Source: Macrostomum lignano
Taxonomy: Eukaryota
Assembly: GCA_002269645.1 (NCBI GenBank)
Contig: NIVC01002437.1
Location: forward strand, 1 to 64,000
DNA: 64,000 bases
Reading direction: 5' to 3'
In this document: positions 12,603-37,280 of the stretch, piece by piece
How positions within the stretch are numbered: the stretch's first letter is position 1
Layout of the letters: every line of letters begins with the position of its first letter
Made by a program: the position numbers and the translations under genes
Notes under the pieces: generated by a model
The model's database searches: none
Seen by the model: only the letters and a program-made list of their open reading frames with translations
What the model was told of the DNA's origin: nothing

Positions 12603-13495
12603 GTGGGTGTTGAGTTTATAAATGCAGGTGGTTTTGTCTCGCATAGAGACGCCTAACCGCAGTCACTTCTGTGAAACTTGTCTCTGCCTGGCTGAAAGCT
12701 TGTAATGAGTGAGTAGGCTGGGTTGGAGGGTAATAGTGGATCGGAAGGGGCTGTGGGTAGCTGTATAGGAAGGCAGGCCTATACCTGTACCAAGGTGCTC
12801 TGACGGTATCCCTCAGGCGCCCTCTGAGCGTACAGCCAGCGACCCTATTAAAGCTGGAGTGTGCCAGAACCAGGACTGAGTCTGAGCAGGACGAGACCGT
12901 TGGCACGGTCATAATAGAAATGGCGGGTTGGCGAAGCAAAGGGTGAAATAGTCCCGGCGATTAGCCCTCCTGCCGCTTCAAAGATAAGAGACTGTCTGTT
13001 GGCAAGTGTACCCGGGGTTTAGTTGGGGGGGAGGCTCCTTCGGGTTGCCACGGCCGTGGGGGGCGGTCAAATGACCGGCATTGGCTTCTTCCCAGGTGTA
13101 GGCACGGGCTTCCCTGAATGGTTCACTCAACCTCCTCTAGCCCCGGGGAGGTTTTTGATTTGTACCCGGGGGTGGTGGGCGGTCGGCCCCAGCATGGTTG
13201 CCACGGCTCTAGGCCTTCGGGCCATCCCTAATAGGCTATGGGGCCTTCTAACCTGGTTTTTGGGCACGGGCTCCTGACTGGTTCGTCGAACCGCTGTCAC
13301 TGTCCCCCGGGGAGGTTTGGTTTTTATGATATTGCCCTGTACAGTCCTCTATAGTCTAATTGGCTTTTAGTGTACATTAGTACACTCCCAATCTGGAACC
13401 TTATTATTTCTAGTGGCGTAAGAGCCTTTTACTTAGGCTGAGGCGCCGGAGTTACTTATCATAGTCATAGTGGGTGTTGAGTTTATAAATGCAGG
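12603..13495. mobile_element. ~840-bp GC-richer insert flanked by exact 26-bp direct repeats (possible TSD-flanked retroelement fragment or local duplication)
   Basis: GTGGGTGTTGAGTTTATAAATGCAGG at 12603-12628 and 13470-13495; internal CCCGGGG...GGTTT repeats; no recognisable protein. Confidence 0.4.
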
Positions 13496-13818
13496 AACGA
13501 GTCGTAAATAGGACAGGAACCTTTGTTTAATTGTTTCGTAGAAAACGTTCTGAAGGCTGGACGCTACGAAGATTCCGAACTTTTTTACGGCACGAAATTG
13601 TGTCTTTTTGAAAGCAGATCCAAAACTTTTAGTTTAACGTGCCTGTTTTATTGTTCGATTGTTTTCGTACAGAATTTTTTAATGTTAATTGTGATTCATG
13701 CATGCTTTTGTCTAAAAATATGAAAAATATAAAATGACGCAACCTCCCTAAGCTTTTTAAGACACGAAGTTTCCCGTTCTACTACTTTATAGTAGGTCTC
13801 AGAATTCTCAAGAACTTC

Positions 13819-13846
13819 ATTGGCTGAGGGCTGCTGTCTGTATAAA
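13819..13846 (+). promoter_or_regulatory. Reverse CCAAT box plus TATA box upstream of the lectin gene
   Basis: ATTGGCTGAG at 13819 and TATAAA at 13841, about 95 nt before the ATG at 13936. Confidence 0.45.
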
Positions 13847-13935
13847 TGCAAGCGCACCAAACTGGATGGACTAATTTAGCTTAAACTTTTAGCAAAACCA
13901 CTGGTTGACAACCAGGCCATTGTTATAAACGATCC

Positions 13936-14640
13936 ATGACGCTACCAAAGCAGCTGCTCGAGCTGACCCTGGTTGCGGGGCTGGCAGCAGCCCTCGCCTC
14001 TGGTGCCTGCGTCGCTCCGTTTATTGACAGGCTGGGCAGCTGCGTCTACATCGGCAGCACCCCATCCAGCTGGTGCGACGCCGCCAGACTGTGCCTGGAC
14101 ATCGGCGGAGAGCTAGTAATGGACCTGACTGCCATCAGAGCTGTCAATCACTGGGTTGATTATTACTTCATCGGAGTGACGGACCTCCTGGCTGAGGCGG
14201 GCACGTCTCGCAGCGGCTGGAGATTCGCCAACGGCTCGCTGTTCCCGACTTTGGATGGCAGCGACTGGATGTCCGGCATGCCGAACCACCATTCAGCAGA
14301 TGATGACTTTGCAGCGGCCAGCATTGCAGGCCTGAGAGACCAACCAGGGTCTGCAAGTAGACAGTTCGTCTGCCAGCCGATTGCCACGCCGAACAGCGAG
14401 TACCTGGAGCGAGCGGAGTTCCTGAGGCTGGGCAGCATCAGTCCTGTCTACTGCTACACTGACGCCTCGGTGAGCTCGAAGTTTCGCTGTCTGAGGCTCT
14501 GTGTGCAGCGCTGGCAGTGTCGGGCCGTCCTGTTCAACCGGGCCAACGGCGCCTGCCGCATGCTGGACTTCGCTGACTCGAGCGTCGGCGACGCCATCGA
14601 GACCGACCCAAACTGGGTTAAGTTCGTCAAAGTGTACTGA
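13936..14640 (+). CDS. Secreted C-type lectin-like domain + PAN/Apple domain protein, 234 aa, intronless
   Basis: Signal peptide; CTLD pattern C-x10-CVY...SWCDAARLCLDIGGELV...YFIGVTD...WRFANG...W...PN...FVCQ; PAN pattern CYT...SKFRCLRLCVQRWQCRAVLFNRANGACRM. Confidence 0.88.
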   Translation: MTLPKQLLELTLVAGLAAALASGACVAPFIDRLGSCVYIGSTPSSWCDAARLCLDIGGELVMDLTAIRAVNHWVDYYFIGVTDLLAEAGTSRSGWRFANGSLFPTLDGSDWMSGMPNHHSADDDFAAASIAGLRDQPGSASRQFVCQPIATPNSEYLERAEFLRLGSISPVYCYTDASVSSKFRCLRLCVQRWQCRAVLFNRANGACRMLDFADSSVGDAIETDPNWVKFVKVY

Positions 14641-14899
14641 AATCGCAGGGTGGTTTTTTGAGCCCTATGTATAGAAAACTGAAGAATTGCATGCGTCAGA
14701 AAATTTTGAGAAAAAATTCCGGCATAGGCACCTGTCGACACGAAAACTCTTGTACTTTTCTCATTACCCCGGCCTTCTTGGCTTTGCGCTTGTTGGAGTT
14801 TATCGCGTGACTAAACCGACAATGCCATGCTGAATTCTACCGCTTTCCTCTGGATTAATAATTGAAGCTATATTCAGCAGATCTTCTTGTAGAGCTACA

Positions 14900-16858
14900 T
14901 CATTGCCCGAAATATTTGTTCATGGCAATGACCTCCGGACAATGACCGGCCATTTTCTGGAGGTAAAAAAAACAAGACTGGACAACAATACCATAGGCGA
15001 AAAAAGTAACACGAAGCGTGAAATTCTTATATTTATTGAAGTCCAACAAAAAATGTTCCAACAATAACACTGCTTAGTCAATTGAGTGCAAGTCTAACCT
15101 ATGGTCATGTTCTCATCACGACAGCAGGAGAAAGTCCAGAAAATACGACGGTTGAGTCCATTACTCAAATTTGCAACCATTGAATGAACAGTTGTGGAAA
15201 CTGTACCTGACCGACGGATTGTCATGACTGATGCCGGTGATCTGCACGGAAGACGACACAGGTACTGGCACCGGTGAACTCTCACGCAATGGAGTCGCAA
15301 CAGCTTGTGAAGAACCATTCAAATCAAGTGCCATAGAAACAGCCTCACTGGTAGACTGCAGCGAGCGATCACGGCGCTTGGACAGGTAACGGCGAGTTGT
15401 CCTCTCAGAAACCTGACCGGTTATCGACATGATGTCAGCCAGGTTGTACCCAGCAGCCTCTAGATCAGCAATCCTGCTCACTCTACAACAGAAATAAAGT
15501 ATTGCATAGAAAATATGCAACTGGTTTAAAGCAATATGAAGAAAAAGGCTTACCGAATGCAATGATTCGTGTACATCTTGGACAAACCGGCCTTCTCGCT
15601 CAAGTTTCGCATGAAACGCAGGAAGTAGTTCTCCCCGCGATTCTGCTTTGTTGAGAACATAGGCTGTCCATTGGAATCCGTGTTGGATAGTGGACGCGGG
15701 AACAGATGGTTGTCCTTGGTTGTTGGAGGTAGCAGTTGTAGATATCTCCTCACTTTGGCCGTGTCGTAGATCCGAGCTTGTTTGTTGTCCGGCCTGGCCT
15801 TCGCCTTCACAGGATCGGCTGACTTATTCTTCGTTGGCAGAGCAGGAAGACAGTAGTACTCCTTGCCGTCAGAATCCGTGTGCAATTCAAGCGAGTTTCT
15901 TTGTCTCAGGAACTTCAGATGCTCCTGGCCACGCTCTCCAAAGGAGTAAAGAACATAGAACAGAAATTTAGCCTGCTCGATTTCAGCCGTAGTCCCTTCA
16001 AAGTAGCACCGCAACTTCTGCATGTCGCCTTCTTCAATTGGTTCATACTGCCTGGTGCAGCCACCATCTCGATGGAAATCACGAACCTTGACACGCAGCA
16101 TCTCGTTGCAGGAATTGAATTCCTCACCACCGATTATATCGACAGGCAGCTTCAGAACCATGCGTAGGAAACGCTGAATTCCAGCCCGGATACAGATGAG
16201 AGAGGCCGGCGAGTAGAACGAGCCATCCTGTTTCTTCAGCTTGAAGTAGAAGTACCGAAGATATTGGTTCAATGTAGGATTGTTGACATGCTGAATGTTG
16301 CGCAGATTCTCCCCTTCCAGGAAGTCTCGAAAACGTTGGCCATGCTGGTACATCTGCTTCCGAGTATCCTCAGGCAGACTCTCGATCTCGATTCTGTCCA
16401 TCTCGGAAACGTCTATCTTTTCATCTCCATCGATCATTGGCAGCCCAGTATCAGCTGGACCATTTTGGACATACTTCAGGAACGCATCGAAATCTTCGTC
16501 GTGCCGATCAACGGCAGAGGATTCCGAGAGGAAGTTCAGTTCATCCTGCGTGATGTTGCCGAGGTCCTCACACGGGAGGTTACCCCAATTAATATAATGT
16601 ATTATCGGGTCGCTCATGATGGACAGAAAACTCTTGAATCAACAGGTTTGGACAGACTACTTACTGCCTGGGAATCCCTCACACAAACCCCTTCACCCCC
16701 ACTGAAAGTTTTGCCATAGACATTTCAACCCTCCATTCAATCAATAGGATTGTCATTGCCATGAACTCTCCACGCCTTTTGGCTTTCGTGCCATAGACGT
16801 TTGTGCCTCCTCCTTCTGGGCCACTTCGATTCGTGCCATAGATATTTCCTGCAATGAA
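14900..16858 (-). mobile_element. Crypton-like tyrosine-recombinase DNA element (boundaries inferred)
   Basis: Contains a single intron-bearing YR gene. Flanked by ATATTT direct repeats (14912-14917, 16842-16847) and a perfect 15-bp inverted pair (14918-14932, 16752-16766). No reverse transcriptase or DDE transposase nearby. Confidence 0.6.
15161..16617 (-). CDS. Tyrosine recombinase of the Crypton/DUF3504 (KCTD1/ZMYM/QRICH1-related) type, 461 aa; complement(join(15161..15482,15554..16617))
   Basis: Motifs LNQYLRYFYFKLKKQDGSFYSPASLICIRAGIQRFL, DIIGGEEF, FGERGQE (catalytic R), TKNK (K), YTNHCIR (HxxR), ITGQVSERTTRRY (Y) and the C-terminal FHNCSFNGCKF tail. A 71-nt phase-2 intron (CG|gtaagc ... 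ttgtag|A) splits the HxxR Arg; 1386 nt total. AATAAA lies ~125 nt after the stop. Confidence 0.92.
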
Positions 16859-16960
16859 GTTAACTGGAAGAGAGAACTCCAGGCAACGGCCAAATTTCCA
16901 CTCGCGGCTACCGCCGCTCGTGGCTTTGGCCGTTGCCTGGAGTTCTCTCTTCCAGTTAAC
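16859..16960. repeat. Perfect 36-bp inverted repeat with 30-nt loop
   Basis: GTTAACTGGAAGAGAGAACTCCAGGCAACGGCCAAA (16859-16894) is the exact reverse complement of 16925-16960. Confidence 0.95.
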
Positions 16961-19299
16961 CCCCCATTGCTGCATCGTCTATACGTAGGGTCTACTATAG
17001 AGTGGATCTCTGAGTTTGCTGGTGAATTGAGCTGTCTCAAAGTAGTGGGCAAAAAAAGCGCTTTAAATTTTTCCGTACACCACTGCTGTGTCTGCAAGTC
17101 TTAATTGGCAATTGCTGTGGAATAATCCACTAATTACGAGATGCGCATCAGAATGCATGAGTGTTGGCAGTGTAATATCCATAGCAACATTGACTACTCC
17201 TGGCAGTAGTCTATCGCGTTGAGGACTTTTATCTTCCCAAGCCTGTTGGAAGGTCGCGCCTTGGAGCGATATTATAATCGAGCAACTGAGATGCAGCAAA
17301 GGAGAGGTTGGATGGAAACCATATAACTCGATACTAACAAGTATTAAGCGAATTCTTTTACCTAGCTGCATAATCTACATGGTGTATGTAGCTATTTTAT
17401 AGTCTGTGACTTGTACTAACCACTAAAGTGCATTGAATAGTACTTATTAAGTCCATTTCGGAATAATTAAGAGTTTTCTGTCACAATTTCTCTGGTCAAT
17501 TTAAAAAGTTCTGCGTACGATATTTCGTAGCACCGTTATAATATGTAGATTCTAATTTCACTTAAACGTTATTACAGCTAAATTGCCTATCTTATCAAAT
17601 ATTTCTTAAATTAATCAATCCGAGTTTACCCACGTTGCCGTTGGTAACATACGAGCGTAGTTTGTTTTTAGCTCGTATATTTTAATCATTTTCCTAATAC
17701 ACGTGTTTCTTTTATGAGCTACCTGTAACATATTACATGTAAAATAATTAATATGATGTATGTAATTATAAAAAGTAATTCCTTGTTCAGTAGGCATGCT
17801 ACGCGCAAAATTTTATTATTTTCTGCATAGTATCGTCACGATAAATGGGATAAATTATGAATTAAACTACAGTGCAGATACCTATTATCTGCACTGTGGA
17901 TTTACAGCTAGTGCAGATCCACATAATTGGACGTCAACTTAATTTTTCTGTCGAGAGAGCAAGTTTTTTTTACATAATAAATGTTATATTATACTCTGCA
18001 GTTGCGATCCAGCCAAGACTAACAATTAAAAAACTTCAGCACTTATGCTCGTAACGCTTACTGCTTATAGACTCAAGTCAGCTACATGTACAAAGAAGAC
18101 TTCTCATGGACAACTATTTAATTTAAAATGCGTGATTCCATATACATGTGTCTTTAGTGTTGCGTTCGTGAAGCCGTCGATACCAGCATCATCTCACCCA
18201 GTTAGGACTTTGTCTACTTATTCCAGATTATGACTCATTAGATAAATATCTTAATAACACATATTTTATCGACAAGCGTGTTGATTCCTTATATTGAAAT
18301 TTCTTCTTTCTGCAAAACTGAACTCATTATTTTTTTCTTTAAATGCACATATGTTTTGAACAAAGTTACTAACGCTGTACAATATGTTTTAATTTGACGA
18401 GAACCTTGTTTATTAAAGGTAAAAGTAGTTGACAACGTCAATGTAAAATGTAAAATGTAAAATTCTCGGCTTTGTTATTAGTTATAACAAATTAAATTTA
18501 AACGAGAAAACATTAATCAAGTATTAGACATTATACTATAAAAACTAAACAAATTAACTTATTATTTTTTACTAACGTTTTTTTATTACAAGATAGTGTG
18601 AATAACTATTTACCTCAGATCAAACTGTGCCGTCCATTTCAAAAAAGAATTTCTAATCGCATGCGTTTTTCAAATTTTATTATAAACGAAAATTGTTACT
18701 TTAAAACGATATGCATTTTGAATTAATACTCTAAGACATCACGGACAGTAGTTTTGTCCACGGACAGTAGACATCACGTGATATTAAGACATCACGGACA
18801 GTATTTTGATATTTGCTAACCGTATTTTAAACCAGTGTGTTAGTTTCATTTAGTTTTAAGTTGCATACAAAATAAAGTTTTTTTGCCGTTTCTCCTTACT
18901 TTATCAAGACTGTTTAAGTGTTCTGGAAAATTTTCAAATTGAAATAGCATTCTGTAAAAACTGAATGTGCAAATTAAGTCTGGAGTAATAAATCTAAATA
19001 ATAATAAGCCTAATATCCAATTTATGTACAATCTGTACAGAAAACCAAAATAGAAAATTTGCTTTTATTTGCAAAAGTCGATCAGTCTATCACCTGTCAT
19101 TTGTCAATCAGTATCAGTAATTGTAGGCCCTAGGCCTAATATTTTGTTTAATAATGGTTCATTGTTTGCATTTGGCTTTAGTTTCTAACATAGGCCTACA
19201 TATTGTAATTGTAATGTATCTTTATATCTTTTTCAAAAGCAATCATATTTTGTAATTATTTTGCATCAACAAATGTGAAATCAAATGTGAAATGTTGAG

Positions 19300-20225
19300 A
19301 TCATTGATTAAACTAAAAGTTCAAATGTTGGTTTTGCAGCTTATTACATTATCTCAGTCAAGATATGCTGAATCAAATGGGCAAACTCATTATAAACAAT
19401 TAATGATTTATATTTGATATATTTGTTAATTTATAAATCAACAAAGGCTGCACCTATGTACTTTTATAGCCATAGGCTAGGCTTACCAGATTAATTAATA
19501 GTTCTGCGGTCATTTCATCTGCCGCCTTTTTGTCTGCCAAAGAATTTTAGCAGACAAAACAACTTTTTTATTTATATTTATTTTGGTTTACTTATTTAGT
19601 ATTTTTTATGTAGGGAATTAAAATAAATTAGTATAAGCAAGTTTTAAGTATGTTTTCTTATTTATATTGATACATTTTGTTTTTCTTCATTTTCTACAAA
19701 ACATTTTTACATTTTTACATTTTACACTTTGTGCATTTAAGCTACTTGTATTCGTGAATAAATTGCATATGAGTTTACATACACAAAAAAAAGTTGGAAA
19801 GAAACTAAATGGTTGGAGATATTTGCTTATGCAAATATGCAACATATTAGCTCTGGAACTTTCAGAAAAATCCTAGCATTATAATAAATTACAATTAATA
19901 AGACATTTACATTACACTTCCATGCGAAGCTTGATGACATAATTAGTTATTCCGATTTATATATTATATATATTGGCAGACGAAACGACTATATCGTATA
20001 TTGGCAGACGAAAAGGTGGTAGATGAAAAGGCGGCAGACAAAATGACCGTCAACCAATTAATATCAAATGTAAATCATCAATTGTTTATAATGAGTTTGC
20101 CCCTCTGATTCAGTATATCTTGGCTGAGATAATGTGATTAAAACATGTTGCAAAACCAACTTTTGAACTTTTAATTGAAAGTTGTTGAATTAGCGTAGTG
20201 ATCTTTTATGATCAATCAATGATTT
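19300..20225. mobile_element. Foldback/MITE-like element with long imperfect inverted arms
   Basis: 19314-19420 is complementary to 20061-20173, and 19491-19540 to ~19995-20062 (CGGTCATTT..TCTGCCGCCTTTT). Confidence 0.7.
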
Positions 20226-22642
20226 ATATTTATAATATATGAATTAATATTTGTCAATAAAACAAGCTAGAAGGTTAAAACAAACTATATATAAAATTAT
20301 AATACTTACATCATCAGATAAAAACATTAGCAACTATATAATCTGTTATATTTTTAATATATTAGTACTTCAAAGTTACTGAATTGACAGAAAAGAATAT
20401 GTTACGACCATAATGTTACAACCATAAGGCTGCCTTTTCTTTTGTATCTTTGTTGCCTTTTTGAGTTTATATATTCTAATAAAAGAGTATGATTTCTAAA
20501 GATATTCTTAGTCAAATTTAAAAAAAAATTATTGCAAAATATCAGAAATGAAAAATGTTATAAGACTTTTACCTTTTAGTTTCTATATGTCAAAAATCCC
20601 GTTGTTACGACCATAAGTGCCATTCAAGGTTTAATAGCATCTATACTAATGATGATATTTATATGAAACTTTATAAACATATTCTTGACAAAATAATCTT
20701 TCATTCAAAATATTGGTTTAGTATATTCTATTATTAGATTTCATTTTATAAGTAAAAATAATCTGTCATGTTACGACCATAATTATATGGAATGGCCCTC
20801 TAGAAAGTACAATAAAATCAAAATAATACTAAATACAAATAACTCACAATATGAAATAAGTACAAAATATGATTACTTTTAAAATAGATATAATAATATA
20901 TAATAATATGACAAGAGACATAACCTGTTTTTATGCTTCCAGTAGGCTTTTGCTACTCTTTAGAAAGCATTTATAGATAGGCTAGTTTAATGCTATTGCT
21001 TAGCTATTAGGCTAGTTTTGGCTTAGCCTTTTAAAGAAATTTATCTGAAATTGTAGGGCTTAGCCAAGTTCTAAACTATACTGGATACCTCCTTTTCTTT
21101 CATATAAATGTAACCCCCCTCCCCTAGTCTACAATGGCTATGCAACTTACTTATGAAAAAAACAAGCAGATTAACATACTTTTGGATAAATAGCAGGACC
21201 ACAATTTATGGTAGCCAGATCAGCCAGGTTGGCCAACAGTTGTGCATATATGGTTTTTTCCTATATTAGACTAACTTTTAGCTAGCATGCCAGTTCTAGA
21301 CTTGCCTATATTATATATTAGATTTTATCTTTAAAAAAAGAAAACAAAGATAGACTATTTAGTATTGGTTGCAATATGGGATTTTGCAATTTTTAAGAAA
21401 GATTTTCTGATAAGGCAGTGCTTATCCCCATAGTATTATAAAAATAATTTGTCTTATATTCTTATAATACTAGCCTTTTAATGCTGCACCTTTGTAATTT
21501 TATAGCTATAGGCTAGGCTTACCAAATTTGTTATCTCAGTAGCCTAATTATAAATTTATAAAAATCCCTAATTTCTTTTTTAAAGGCAAAAAGCAAAAAT
21601 ATAAAGCCAAACTATAGAATATCTTTGTCTATCTTGTCAGTGTGCTATGGAGATAAGATAAAAAATTATTCCAATGGCATATGTAAAAAAATAGCTATCT
21701 TGTTAGTATACTATATGAATATAATGGAAATTATTTCTATGGCATATATAGATCAAAACAATAAGATGGCTTGTATAGCTTACCTTTAATCTTGTTTTAT
21801 TATTGCCAGTATATTATATAAGCCTATTTGTATCTAAATACCTTGAGTTTTTTGGCAAGAGACTAGATACAAAATTGCATTTTATAACCAATTTTAGTAT
21901 ATAATTTCAAGGTTTAGAGTGCAATTTCTCTTACTTTAAAAAACTAAAAATATATCTACTATTGGAGACAAGGTTAGAACTATAATACTTTTTTCCTATG
22001 CCTATATTGCCAAAGGCCAATCTGTGGTAGATTTTGTCTGCAATAATACCCATTGACTATAATAGAAGACATCTATATATATTTTAAGACCAATTGTCAA
22101 ATCCAATTTTTTTATTTCAATATTTTTGGATCTGTATTACTATCTAGTAAAGCAGTAATATTATAATTTTTAAAAAGTATTTTGATTTGTTAAAACTTCT
22201 TTTAGTATGCTTGAAAAACTTTAGTTGATTACTTGACCAAATTTGAAAATTGTGCTGTCTTCTTACTTAGGCAAGTAAGATTTATCAAATAGAATAAAAA
22301 TTATCAGAAATAGAACAAGAAAAAATTTCTATAACTATATCTGTGTCTAAATGTTCTGCCTGAAAACCTCTGTTACTACATCTATAATTCCTATAGCTAG
22401 ATCCATATCTTTGACAAAGTTCTTATTTACATATTTAAACATATTATTTCTAATCCTGAAAGTAACATACCATTAAAATTTTCAAATTTTTTATCAGGTA
22501 ATTTTCTATAAAAAATTTTAGTCGTATTATATATTTCTCTAATTATTAATATAAATGTTTTGAAAATTAAGTAACCGTTTTTTTCATGTTGATCTTGGTC
22601 TGCCTTTAGGGTTGCAAATCCAAATGCAGGCCTCACAGCAGA

Positions 22643-37280
<14,638 letters not shown>

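Noticed and set aside
15161-16617. Bacterial or phage integrase contamination or recent horizontal transfer
   Set aside because: The gene has a canonical spliceosomal intron, a polyA signal and eukaryotic DUF3504-type motifs, and is contiguous with animal genes.
15690-16719. Plus-strand ORFs of 93-151 aa antisense to the recombinase
   Set aside because: Shadow frames of a GC-balanced coding strand; no recognisable motifs.
16679-17371. Minus-strand ORFs upstream of the recombinase as a second element gene
   Set aside because: Short, overlap the hairpin and motif repeats, have no domain signature, and no convincing splice link to the YR ATG was found.
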